Origin: Ruditapes philippinarum
Taxonomy: Eukaryota
Reading direction: 5' to 3'
DNA: 64,000 bases
Assembly: GCF_026571515.1 (NCBI RefSeq)
Contig: NW_026859735.1
Coordinates: 186,001-250,000, forward strand
Positions within the stretch are counted from its first letter, which is position 1; each line of letters opens with the position of its first letter. Position numbers and translations under genes: made by a program. The notes beneath the pieces are model-generated. The model was not told the origin of the DNA. It saw nothing but the letters and a program-made list of their open reading frames with translations, and did no database searches. This document shows positions 25,789 through 38,799 of this stretch, piece by piece.

Positions 25789-26857
25789 CCTGTGCTGAAA
25801 TAGTCTAGTACGAGTATTCATGATTTAATAAAAAAAGAAACTTCGTTAAAGTATTTTATAATATTGTAACAATTAATTTTAATAAACAAATAGGAATAAG
25901 TCCTCCACTGAAATAAGCTTATATCTGAACATACTGCTAATCTTTATTGGGCAAATTCAACGTTAAGATAGCCAAATTCTGCAACAAAATTTGAGTGTTG
26001 GAACTCGGTAGTGGATTTAATCTTAAACAGAAGAGAAATAATGGTTTGTGAGGCCTTTACTTTTGCTTTTCAAAAAGAAAGAAAAAAAAGAAATCTTTAT
26101 GATTAGTTTAAGAAGTGTAGAAATATTCGCCGTCAAAATGACACTTTTTGTGTATGATGCCATATATGACATGAATTACTATGGTATCAGCATATTTCAT
26201 CATATCCCAACTTCTTTTTAATAACATCATGAAAGCTTCTTTTTTGCGCAAGACAACTATGTTATATAACAAAATTTAAAGCTCCTGAATAGTGAAATGT
26301 CTTTGAATGTTTATAGACGTCTACTAAAATAAAAATTCTATTTGGACCAATATTTATTTTGTCCAACGAAGACTGCGCATGCGTAAAAGAAAGATGCTTC
26401 TTCGTTGTAATGGAGGGCGTTTATGATTCATGATTATTCTGCATATTTTGAAATGTTATCGGTACTCATTGTGGATGGTAAATGTCTACGACTAGGTGTA
26501 GTCATCTTATTTCAACACTTGCCCACAGTCTTACCACTTTCATGAATTTTTATCTAACAATTTACATGAATTTTAGGGAATGCATCAAGGTATCTCTCCT
26601 CTTAATAAAAAAAAAACAAATAACAAACAAACAAACATGCAACAAACATAAGATGCCATTAAAATTCACTGTGATAGTGATGACGTCGTATAATCATATG
26701 CAAAAATATATACATGTACAATGTATATAATTAAAGCTCAATTTAGTTTTAAAGTCAACATGTAATTTACTAAAGCGCACCCGCAAACTATATTCGACGC
26801 TTTTAATTAAGCTGCGTATGAAAATAGTAGACATCCTTTCTATTTTGATATTATTAA

Positions 26858-27212
26858 AGGGACTCCACTGAGGTTTTTTGATATGATGGGACTGAAAATA
26901 TGTTTTCCAGATAAATGTACCATTTGATGTAGGCTTAGACCACTAATCTTCGTGCAAAATTTCAGATCATTCGTGCACTTCGTTTTTTCAGAATAATTAT
27001 TCAAATTGTAAAAAAATGACCCAAAATGAAAAGCGTTTAAACGCTTTTCACACAAATCGGGCTTAAAAGGCATAAAAATACGATTTTCAATTTATTTTTA
27101 AGTATATTTCTTAACTATCTTTGCATATATTTCTTTTTAAAGTGCCCCAGCTCATTTATGTAAGAAATTCAAATGTTATGTTTATAGGCTTTTAAACCTC
27201 AGTGGAGTCCCT
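26858..27212. mobile_element. Kolobok-type MITE
   Basis: Perfect TIR AGGGACTCCACTGAGGTTT / AAACCTCAGTGGAGTCCCT flanked by a TTAA TSD (26854-26857, 27213-27216). Confidence 0.85.
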
Positions 27213-27872
27213 TTAACTTTCTGTTAGATAGTTTCAAATAGTTTGGGTCATAAAGTATTCCAAGGCCTTGCATTAACGACACCAATTCCATATTTGTTGA
27301 CCTGATTTTGGCATAATTATGATATTTATAGTTAAAACGGTTAAACTTTATTTGTTTTTAAGCATTTTATTCTTATCTGTTCGCTTCTTTTATAATTAGT
27401 CGGCGTTCGGTTTATAACTTATTCGTGCATTTTCTTTAGAGAAAGTCGACCATGTAGATTAAAACAAAAGAAGTAAACCCCTAATCTATACAAGTTTTGA
27501 CGTCATTCGTGAACTTGATACTTTCTGTGAAATAATAGATATTTAAATCCGAGTGTCCAAAAGACTTGTTAAGATTAAATGTTTAAATGCTAAATGAGGT
27601 TAGGGAACAAAAATTTAAAATGGCTATAATATGCAACGAAAAATGTGTCGGGGATCATTCTTCTGTAGAACTGGAGTGAATTGCTAATAGCGAGAATATA
27701 ATTGAAAGTTAAGAAGGTAAATAAGTAGAATGTGACGATTATTAAAATTGTTAAAAAACAACAACAGAAATTATCATCTTACATACAATATTCGATTGGA
27801 AATTAGGAATGTAATATTGTAGAGCTAAATAATATATATTTACATATAGTTCACATATTTTGGAAATATAAA

Positions 27873-30800
27873 ATGTCAAAAAGATCAGTACGTTCCAGCA
27901 GCCGAGCTGGCTCGAACAAAAGTGTTGGCAAACCTGGCGGTAAGAAACAGCCGCCTACACTCGAGCCATGTTCTCAGTGCACAAAAACCGAGAAAAATAT
28001 GAAAATGCTCGATTGCAGCCATGGTTTTTGCCAAGATTGTGTGAAAACCTTAGCAATCAAAGAGCCCGAGGACGAGAAAGATGGTCGAAGTTCAAAAATG
28101 TCAACTAAAGGCGGCAAGAAGACCGCGGCTCCGAAAGTGGAATATATTTGTTCCGTGTGTAATCCGCCGAAAGAAGAACAGGATTTTACTCATGGCGAGT
28201 GCGCACCTTGTAAGTTTATTGATTCTTATTTCTTTGTTTTGCCTTCCATACAATGCTAGCCTGATAAGCCCAGTAGTGTATGAATACGTTTATAGTATCA
28301 GGTACATTTGAGTAATATTCACGGCAAATGAGTACGAAACAAATTTTATGCAATGTGATGGCACATGATTTATACTAAATATATCAGTGAGGTCATACAG
28401 CACATTTTGAGACTAAGTCAAATATTGAAATTTCATCGAATGGCACGAACTTGTCACATTGAAGGTTCCATAATGACCGCCGTATGAACACATCTGTGGA
28501 TGTTCTAAATTCATAATTTCACCATTTTCATGTTTAAATATTTAATTTTGCTTAAGTCGGTGCAAGTGAGCGTAGACGGTAACTTGCACTTTCCAGTACC
28601 GCCCATGATCAGGCTCAATCAAACCGAGCCTGCAACAGTTCCATTTTCAGTTCTGTCAGAATGTTCATGTACGGTGATTGAAGTATTCTTCCGTGAGAAC
28701 TGTATACTCACACAGGGGACATTTCCAATTTGCCAACTGACGTCTGTGATAAGCAGGCTTTTAAACCTCTGATCACCCTTTCTAAATTCCATTTTCTTTA
28801 GTTTCTCCCGTTATTTTTTTAATAGGGCGCGCGCATTCTTTCACTAATGGACAATATACCGCTGCTGATGTAAAAGCATGAATATAACAATGACCTATGT
28901 CAATTCTAGATAAACACCATTTTTATGTTCGGGTAGGCCGGTGCTAGAGGGCGTAGACAGATGCTTGTATTTACCACTGCCATACATTAACAGTGTTTGG
29001 TGACTTTTAAGGTGTCAAGTTTGACTGTTAATAATAATGTTACTTATTTTCTTATCATCTCACAATATTTTATACGCAGTATCAAAGAAATAAAAGTATA
29101 TTTTACAAAAAAGGGGTTGGGAAAGGAATCCCTATGAAAGCACAAAACGGCAAAACTGAAAATGTTGTAGGCTCGGTTTGATTGAGCCTGTTCAAAACAC
29201 ATTGCTGCACTTCATATTCTGTTTCTAACATTACTTGGTGATATGTTTTTTTCGACATATTTCAGGTAAGTTTGAGGAGAAAACGAGTGGGGCCTGTGGA
29301 TATTGTGTGGAATGCGCGGAACTGCTGTGCGAATCATGTTGCACTGAACATAACAAATTCAAAACTATAAGAGCTCACAATATTCTCAAAGGCGACAGGA
29401 TTCCTAAGGTATTTCATATATAAGATTTAATTACTACAAGTTATATTCTCTGAAGCTGAAGCGTAGGCTAAATCGTGAATACACCGATCGTCGTGCTTAC
29501 ATAATTTTTCATTATCTTTTAAGACTGACGTTACTAAAACATTTTACCGAACTCAGTCCTTAATTTAAAATAAACCTGATGTTGTTTTTTTATCTTTAGG
29601 ACACGGGTGCTGTTGCTAGACTACCTCTTTTGATGATGTGTATGGTCCATACAGAGAAAGACCTTGAGTACTACTGCGCAGATCATGACGTCATGGGTTG
29701 TGGCGCATGCGTAAACACTGATCACAGGCGATGTGAACGTGTTATGTTTATCAAGGATATCACCGATGAACCTGCTGACAGAAAGGTAGTTGCAGATGCT
29801 GCAGTAGAGCTAAGAGACATTAAAAGAAATTTTGAAGATATTCACAAAGACACGGGCGAGATACTTACAAGTCTTGAACAGCAAAGGAATGAAATTCGAG
29901 AACGTCGTGAACAGTACAAAAACAAAATAATGGAACTTCTGGATAAACTGGACACGTCTAGTGAATTGGAAATGGAAGAAGTGATACAGAGGGTGTCAAA
30001 CGATATGGGCGACGACAGCCAGAGCTCTAAAGAGATTTTAACGAAAATAGACAGCTCAATACAAGTCCTAGATGCTGCTGCCGGACATGCCACTGACCAA
30101 CAAATGTTTGTTGCTGGCCGCCGGAGCGCATCAGAGAGAGATAAATATGTCAACATGCTGAATAATGCAATGGGAAGTATAAAGAATGTCCGGCTTGAAT
30201 TTAAACCTGACCCGACACTTGATCGACTGGCTAAAAGTCTAGAAATGTTTGATGGAAGATCGATAACGTCGAACAGTGTGAGATACAATCAGAAATCTAG
30301 AAACACCTTTCAACCTCAAAATGGCTTCATCGACCATACCTCAAGCCAACAGCCGATAAATTACATTTCACGTTCCGATATGAACCGGCGTCCTTCGTCT
30401 GACTTCTCCAACTCTATGTCAATGACACAGTTCCAGGGCAATCGCGATATTGAACTTCCACCAATCACAAACAGTCGTCAAACCTCGATAATGTCCGGCT
30501 CCGTACCCGATTTTAGAAGTGCGGGATTGAGATCTAATATGACCGATTTCCACGGAGGACCTGGAGGTGGAATAAGAAGTCTACCGCAGACGCCAAGACA
30601 GACTGAAATAGCTCAGCAATTTAGAAGCATGCCACCAACACCTAGATTGGCTATGGCAGGGGTACAGGAGCAGACGCAGTATGAACGCCAAATGTATAAT
30701 CAGGGCGCTTTGCCTATCATTCCACCGCCGCGTGGGGCTTTCTCTGAGCCAGGCTTTGACATGGGACGTCAGCAGCGCGATTTTGTTCCGGTCTCGCCTA

Positions 30801-31844
30801 GGACTGTTGGCAACAACTCACTTGTTAACCAGGGCCTCAACAAACCTCAAGTCAGCAAACCAGACATGTTATTAATAAATCACCAACAAATGTCTAGAAG
30901 AAGTTCCCTTACAAGCATTGCGTCTATGCCATTACCGACAAAAGAAACAAGTACAAAAACAAAATCTGATATTCTTGCGCAAGCATCTCCGATAAAACGT
31001 CGTGGAGAGTTGACTTCCTCTGGTCCCGCTCTGAAAGACCGAAAGGCGGTTTTGGCAGGTCAATTCAACATTCGGCTTCAAGAAGACTCCAATGTATGTG
31101 GTTTAAAAGGAACAGCTTTTCTCCAGGATGGCAGAATTGTTTTAGCAGATTATGAAAACCATAACGTAAAGGTATTTGACTCAAAACTTTATCGCGGCTC
31201 TCAACTCCGTTTATCGTCTGGACCATGGGATGTTGAAGTGACTGGACCTAAAGAGGTAGCGGTGTCATTACCATTTGAAAGCAAAATTCAGTTCATAGCT
31301 GTTACCGATCAGTTGAAAGCAACACGAACAATAAAATTGGATATGGACTGCTACGGCATAGTCTGCAGAAACCAAGAGCTAATTGTCGTCTGCAATGATT
31401 ATCTGATAGGCCCAGCTGTACAAGTTGTAAGTCTTACAGGAAGAATAAAGCAGACTATAGATACGGACAGGAGTGGCCGAAGAATCCTTTCTGATCCCTA
31501 CTATCTGACCGTTACTCCGACAGGTAAACTTATCTACGTCTCTGATAAAGATCGAATCGTTTGCATGGATCGCCATGGCAATGTGACGTCAATATATCAG
31601 GATACGTCGCTACGTAACGCACAGCGAATTGATATTGATAATGATGGAAATTTTGTACGTCTGTGTGATATATGTCTATAGACAGTGTACACCAATAAGC
31701 GAGCGTAATGTATAGATTTTCCGTACGTTGATCAACAAGGAGCAAGTGTGGGACCCATGGTCTGTAAAGTTCAGTGAAAGCAGCGGGACGATCATGGTAA
31801 CCTGTGACGCAAGTGACACGATCAAGGTGTTCTCATTACAGTGA
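27873..31844 (+). CDS. TRIM (RBCC)-NHL protein B: RING, B-box1, B-box2, coiled coil, long disordered linker, NHL-type propeller; 3 coding exons; indel cluster near the C-terminus
   Basis: Exons 27873-28209, 29266-29408 and 29600-31844 join with GT-AG and consistent phases (1, 0). C3HC4 RING CSQC..CSHGFCQDC..CSVC; B-box1 CAPC..YCVECAELLCESCCTEH; B-box2 CMVH..YYCADH..CGAC..HRRC. The frame breaks at about 31650-31720 and homologous coding resumes (FRTLINKEQVWDPWSV...IKVFSLQ*). Confidence 0.85.
28610..29190. mobile_element. MITE in intron 1 of TRIM gene B
   Basis: 27/28-bp inverted repeat CAGGCTCAATCAAACCGAGCCTGCAACA (28610-28637) versus 29163-29190. A related single end lies at about 56440-56495. 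Confidence 0.7.
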
Positions 31845-31914
31845 AACAGTTCAAGTCTTTCCTCCCAAGTACCACATGAAAGGCCCTCTTACTCCAGTGT
31901 CAGGATCAAACACT

Positions 31915-32100
31915 TGCTTATACATATTTTGAACTTACTAGTACATATTTTGAACTTACTAGTACATAATTTGAACTAACATGTACATAGTTAAAACTTA
32001 CTAGTACATAGTTTGAACTTACTGGTATATATTTTGAACATACAAGTGCATAGTTTGACCTTACTAGTACATGCATGTATATTAAGCTTACTAGAACATA
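31915..32100. repeat. Minisatellite, ~21-bp unit, about 8 copies, in the 3' UTR region of TRIM gene B
   Basis: TACATATTTTGAACTTACTAG is repeated with variants. Confidence 0.8.
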
Positions 32101-33903
32101 TGTTTTGTTCGCTATAATTGATTTTTAATGTAAATATTGTACAGTTTTGTAAAAAAGAAAAAGATCAATGAGATTTTACCGCACCAAGAAAATTGCGTAT
32201 GTTGCTGAATTAAGGATAAATCTTTTTCCATTGAAGAAGCTCTCCCAGAATCGTTTATTCACAAATTAATTTACAGAATTTAGTCAAATTTAGAAAATGA
32301 ACAAATCATAATTTATTGAATAATTTATTACATTAGATTAACATGTTGTATCTTAAATGTCATTTTCTATGTAAATAAGCAATTTTGTATATGTACTGTT
32401 TAAGGTAAGCAGATATGTTTCTATGAAACAGTTTATACGTATCTATGACAATCGAAACGTTTCTTTTGCTTCCGTTACATCACTTGCTTGAATATAATGT
32501 CACATTATGTAAAATAAAATCTTTGATCGTGTCTATTTAAAGTAAAGTTTGAAAATATCCAGTTTTAAAAACCTTAACATGCTGGACCGATGAATTAGCC
32601 TTTCCGTCCAAGATAGAGCCAGCTCAGCCTGTAATTTCCATGCAGGCTCCATACTGTTGGTAGCTTATTTTTGTATTTCGATATCAAGCTCTTAAACTTT
32701 AAAGTGACGTTATGTCCACACAAGGCTATATAATGAGTGAACAGGTGAAAGTCAAATAAATTTACATTTTACCATAATTCCTTTCAGTTTTATAATTTAC
32801 TTTGCATGTACAATATATAACTGACATGTCCCAGGGGATTCTTTTTAGATATTCATTGGAAATTTCCTGAAACGTTCAATTTTATAAAAAGAATTGCGCA
32901 GTCTTTTTATATTTTAGAAAGACTTGTATTTTATCTTAAATATTTTCTCTTATCAACTGTCGGGCAATCACCATTTCTACAGTCAATCATTTGAAATATA
33001 AAATAGCACAACTTGACAATGAAAAAAATGAGCATAATGTCACTATAAATGAACTATTCCAAATGCAAGACAGGGCAAATTCATTACATAAATCCATGAG
33101 GTTAAGTTCAATAATCTATTTTAGTTCATTTCCTCTTGGTGTCAATGAAATTTCTGTTTGAAACTCTATTTTTCCCATGTAAAGCTTTATTAATGACATT
33201 TTCAATAAAATGTTTACATAGATTAGAATAACGGATATTCAAATTTGGCATGTTGAAACAAAATATAAATTTGCCTTATCTAAATCGTTATCATTCTTCT
33301 ATATTAATACCATGTACCACTCTGTCATGGAGTATTTAATATATAAAAACGTTTTGGATTTCTAACACTGAAAAAAATACATATTCTGATATAACAATTA
33401 CTAGACGCATATGTGACACACGTTAATGTCAGTTATTATCATTATTATTACTGCTTTGTTATGTTTTTACTTAAACATGTATAGCTTTCCAAATATGCTG
33501 AAAGCAAATTCCATTTACATTTATTAGAAATGTGTACAATCATTTATCTGTCAATAACAGTAGTTTGCTTTGTTCTTCATGTCCCTAATATATTAACCTT
33601 GGTGTTTACGTTATCACTGTACATTTATTAAAAGTAAATAACTACCAGATTTTATTGTTGCCACGTTATTTGCTGATAGAAACCATAAACAACACTGCTA
33701 TGTAGTCATTGTTTCTATGTCTGTGTCTGTGAAACGTTACACATTTGATTAAAGATACCAAAAAGGATAAAAATGTTCGATATTAAAATTCATTGTCACA
33801 TTGACTAGCAATGTAACAAAATAATATCTTTTAGTAATCATTTCCGAATTGATGTGCATTTTAAAAGAGTAAGTGTAAAAAGGATGACTTTGAAGTGATC
33901 ACA

Positions 33904-34839
33904 ATGGTTTATACAACGAACGGTACGGTGAATGTTTCGAGCCCTCCGCAGTTGACATTAAATTATGCGACAATATACATCGTATGGGATGTAATGTACG
34001 GACTGATCGCCGTGCCTACAATTATTGGCAACATTCTTATTCTGTTGTGTTTATCAAAATTTCGTGAAAGTAAAACCAGTCTCCATATTTTGGTAGGGAA
34101 CCTCGCCGTGTCGGACCTTATCATGGGATTTTTGCTTCCATACTGTATCATTATTGATACCCTTCAACTCAACTCTGACAAATATTTTTGCCTGGTCAAA
34201 TGTTCATTGATAGTGTTCGCCATAGGAATATCGTCATACGGCCTTCTATTGGTGTCGATTGACCGCTTTTCTGCCGTCTGCTTTCCGTACAAGCATCACA
34301 AGACCCTGAGCACAAACAAGATCATTATCATGCTGACGATTGGATGGACTTATGTGGCCATTTTCGCGTCATTTCCGTTATCCGGATGGAATTTCTATGA
34401 TATAAATACACCGTATAGTTGTACGCAAGATGAAGTTTTGACGCCAATATATGCCAAAGTAATGAATTGTACCTTTATCATTTTCTTGGGTATAAATCTG
34501 ACACTTTACATCGTCGTTGTGCGAATCTCTTTAAAGAAGGCGAGAAAGGTCCATGCTGAGCAGAATATTGTATTTGACTGTAAAGCGAATACGAAAGAAC
34601 TTTACAGAATAAAAACAATGGCAATCGTTCAGGGACTTTTCGCGATTTGTTGGTTTCCTTACGTTTTGATCTCCATCGCCATTTCATTTTCGGATAACCG
34701 TATTTTAAAAAAGAGTCAATATTGGAGTGTCATTCCGGGTTTATTAAACTCTTCAATAAATTGGGTTGTTTACGGATACAGAAATGAGCAACTTAGGAGA
34801 GAGTTCAAAAAACATTTTACGTGTGGTTTTAAAATCTGA
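33904..34839 (+). CDS. Intronless class A (rhodopsin-family) GPCR, orphan (311 aa)
   Basis: Seven hydrophobic segments with GN (TM1), NLAVSD (TM2), SIDRF (TM3), W..FP (TM4), CWFP (TM6) and NSSINWVVY (TM7). It has a helix 8 LRREFKKHF followed by Cys, and N-terminal sequons NGT and NVS. The first ATG is at 33904. Confidence 0.92.
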   Translation: MVYTTNGTVNVSSPPQLTLNYATIYIVWDVMYGLIAVPTIIGNILILLCLSKFRESKTSLHILVGNLAVSDLIMGFLLPYCIIIDTLQLNSDKYFCLVKCSLIVFAIGISSYGLLLVSIDRFSAVCFPYKHHKTLSTNKIIIMLTIGWTYVAIFASFPLSGWNFYDINTPYSCTQDEVLTPIYAKVMNCTFIIFLGINLTLYIVVVRISLKKARKVHAEQNIVFDCKANTKELYRIKTMAIVQGLFAICWFPYVLISIAISFSDNRILKKSQYWSVIPGLLNSSINWVVYGYRNEQLRREFKKHFTCGFKI

Positions 34840-36709
34840 CATTTTTATTTTATCATTTTATAAACTCACTTGATCGGGATATATTTTAGTAAGATATGAA
34901 CGAGGACTGTGTCATGTCATGGGCACATTTCTTTGATTTATGATTTGTTATTCATGTATGTCTATAAAAAAAACGTTTCTACCCATTCAAGTAGTCAGAA
35001 ATACCCAAGTTCTGCCGATATCAGTAGACTTATCAAAAACCGGATGACATTTATAAAAGAGGCAATTTTTGACCAACCTATTCCTTTATTATAATCAGAC
35101 GGTTTGAAACGCGTGAATATTGAAATTATTCAGAATTAACAGATCATTTCAATAAAGTATAAGAATTAACTGTTCACTTCAAGAAAGTGTATATCAACTA
35201 ATTATGAAATGAGTATAGGAGCTTGTGGTGAAATATCTGAAAATATTATTCTTAGGACTTAATATGATTTTATCAAGCAATTACGATTTCCTTTGAAGGC
35301 ATTTTACGAGTGTACGAACATTTCAAAACGAGACATTTTCCATTTGAATGTTGTCGGAAGTCCTCGGCTTTTTACAGCCTTAAATACCATCGAAATGTTG
35401 AGGATGATTTGGCTGTTTATTGCTCTTTGTGAGGCGAATAGCGCTTAGAGTTCCTTACCTTTACTAGGTTATATGCGCAGTACTTCCAGTGCTTTGATTT
35501 ATGTTCAAAATACATACTAGTATTTAATTTTTAAAACGTCAATATAGTTTTACCACTGTTGTTCATGTCTTAGTTATAAGGTTTTATTTATTATTTATTG
35601 TAATTTTTTCTTGTAATTGTCTATCAAACTAGCAATAATTCTGCGAAGGAAGCCATCTTAAGACTATATTTTACATTCTGAAAAGTGGAGCAATAAAAAC
35701 AAATAAAACAAAGACATGCTGTTTAAAAAATGAAGTATTATGTTTCATTTACATTGTTCATGATACATATAGGATGGAAATTGCTACTTCCACGCACCCT
35801 AGCACCGGCTTATCAGTATTCAATCAATCCCCAACACTTACAGTAGGCTGTTGGAATCAATGATCCAGAGGATATAATAACATTGAGATGAAGTATAGGA
35901 TAGCTTTGCAGCTGTGATATTATTTCATATGTCCATTTATTTGATCACAAAGTCGTCATCTGTTACAGCAGCATGCTTCCGGATTCGTGCAAATTTTCCA
36001 TTTTAAAAATGTATTATAAAGTTAGATATTGCCAAGTGAACAAAGAAAGAATTAACACATTGCAAACGGCACTTAAAATCTACGGAAATTACCAAGAAAC
36101 CGGTCAGAATATGCAAAAATAGGCCTTAATGCGTTAGTCACGCAGTAAAAATATGTTGATAAAAACTTCAGTCATTTATTGCATATAACATGTAACTTAT
36201 TTCTTGAATGGTGAATATTGGTACTTTTCCTAAAATCTTGAGTACATTTTCATAGCTTAAGGTTGATTTTCTTGAAAGAGTTTGGCACAGCTTTAAAGGC
36301 ACGTGCCCGCTGAAATGTACAATGCACAATGCCCTTATCAATTCAAAACATGCCATACTGTTGACATAGATTATAAAACCGGATATTTTGCATACTTTTT
36401 GTTTAAACAGAGTTTATTTAATAATTTATCTAACTTACCTACAGGTGACAAAATACTCCGATCTGATCAAGATTGTTTACCATTAACCTAACGAATTACT
36501 TAAATAAGTTTATTGGAACTGACCATTATCAAATATGGGGAAATTGAGATGAAAATTTGAAGTTTGTCAGTAGTATTTTGCCTGGCAAGGCTGCAACCAT
36601 TTTAGTTTTAAACTGGTTGCCAAGACTTATCACTTTTAGTTCCATGAAGTTTAGGCGAGTTTGAACCTACATTACATCAGTACTGACAGCATTTACGTTA
36701 TCGTATATC

Positions 36710-37650
36710 TGATTGTACCTACATCACATGTTACTTTGTAACTGTCTTATTTCTGTCATTGTAACGGCGCCACATGTTCCTTTGTACCGACACAATTCGT
36801 TCCTATGCACCTTTAGCATTGGTCCATTGTACCGACACCTTCCGTTCCATCGTATCGGCATCAATCGTTTCATTGAACCTACGTTATTTGTTCCTTTGTA
36901 CCTTCTGCATTAGTTCCGTTGTACCGACACCTTCCGTTCCATTGTATGTACATCAATCGTTCCGTTGTACCTACACAATTTGTTCCGGTGTACCTACACC
37001 ATTTGTTCCAATGTACCTGCACCATTTGTTCCTTTGTACCGACACAATTTGTTCCTTTGTACCTTCCTCATTGGTTCCATTGTACCGACACCTTCTGTGC
37101 CTTTGTACCGACACCTCCCGTTCAATTGTACAGGAACCATTTTTGGTTCATCATACCGACATCGTGTTATTGTATCTACATTATTTGTTTCATTTTATCG
37201 ATACCATTTGTTTGATTGTACCGACATCAAGTGTTACTTTTTTATCTACATCATTTGTTGCATGCTGACATCAGACAATGTTTTATTATACCGTCACTGT
37301 GTGTTCTATTGTCTCTACATCATTTGTTCCATTGTTCCTACACTTTTTGTTCCATTGTACGAGCATTTTATTGTACCGGCACCATTTGTTCCTTTGTAGC
37401 TATCGCATTAGTTTCCATTGAACGACACATTCCGTTCCATCGTATCGACATCAATCGTTCCGTTGAACCTACACCATTTGTTCCTTTGTAACTTTTTCAT
37501 TGGTTCCATTATACTGACACCTTCTTTTCCTTAGTTGCAATGACACCATTTGTTTCATTTAACCGACACTGTTTGATTAATTGAAAAAGTTTCATTTGTT
37601 TCATTGTATCTACATCTATGTTTCATTCTACCTACATCATGTGTTACCTA
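36710..37650. repeat. Degenerate minisatellite, ~22-23 bp unit
   Basis: Recurrent TTTGTTCC(T/A)TTGTACC(G/T)ACACC, with a larger block at about 36810-36960 duplicated at about 37400-37520. Confidence 0.8.
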
Positions 37651-37815
37651 CACGTTGTATATGAATACTCTGTTGGAACCTCTGTGCACTTGGTAACTTG
37701 GTAAAGTTGTATTCATACATGAGCAAAATAGTGGCAAATTCGGTTGACTATAAAATGATTCAGTTTGTATTGAAAATTGATCATTATGAGAATTTTGTTC
37801 ATGTAAAAAGTGGTG

Positions 37816-38302
37816 CAGGGCTCGTACAGTCTTAAAAAGTGCTTAAATTCGAGTCCCTTTCTTAAAAAGTGCTTTAAAATGTAAAAAAGGTGCTTAAAAG
37901 TCCTCAAATTTGGTTACTCTCTTAAAAAGTGCTTAAATCTGCTGGTAATGTGCTTAAAAATGATTGAATGACATAGTGTCGATAAAAATCAACAGTTCAC
38001 AAAAAACAAAAATAGAAGATCCAATTTAGTATCATAAACAATGAAATGTTTGCTCGTGGACAAATTGCCGTTCTTTTGAACTAATTTGTATTTGATGCGC
38101 CCTGTGTTGTATTATAAAAACCTTAAAATTGTGGCCAGAAAAATGTGTGTTCACAAAATTGCTAATAAACTACATTTTGTATCCGTCTTAGGTTGAGGAT
38201 TTTGTCAATATATGTGAAACAAAAATTCTATGTGCTTGAAAAATGGGAAAACGTGCTTAAAAAGTCCTTGAATTTTGGCATTGGATGTTTGTACGATCCC
38301 TG
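37816..38302. mobile_element. hAT-like MITE
   Basis: TIR CAGGGCTCGTACA / TGTACGATCCCTG (12/13 match) with subterminal CTTAAAAAGTGCTT repeats. No 8-bp TSD is preserved. Confidence 0.7.
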
Positions 38303-38799
38303 GTACTAGGTAGGTAGGTTGGAAAGTAAAAGTTGCACTTGTGATTTTAACGCCTTTTTTGTCTTGTTACGCGGCCATTAGATAATTATATGTTGCGTTC
38401 ATTTCATTTTTGGATCAACGGAAGTGTTCCAAACGTAACGCTACATGGACATGGGTTTGAATGATGTTCCATTAAAAAAAAATACAACTATCCAAAAGCA
38501 AAAAAAAAAAAAATATATGAAAAAAAAAACGTATTTTCACAAAAGCACAATTCTGCAACTTTTACACTAGTATTTTCTCCCTCAGCTATTTACACGTTAC
38601 CAAAACTCTGATTATGACGTAAAGTCAATACTTTTCTGCAAATATTGATACCAAGTTTGCCAATGTTTTGCATAAATAAGTATACATGTACAAAATTTTC
38701 CTGTAACCAAGTGCACACTTACTTTTGCAACTTGATATATTTAATTGTCTCTACACCATTAATTGCAACGTACCTTCACATTCCATCATTCTTGTAACT

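Noticed and set aside
29842-30288. Antisense ORFs over the TRIM and KRIT1 genes (also 18479-19624, 48001-48219, 49288-49485)
   Set aside because: They are shadows of real coding sequence on the opposite strand with no recognisable domains.
4615-34839. ART, TRIM pair and GPCR as one functional immune cluster
   Set aside because: The genes are separated by up to 13 kb of repeat-rich DNA and no shared regulatory feature is visible. Adjacency alone is weak evidence in an animal genome without synteny or co-expression data.
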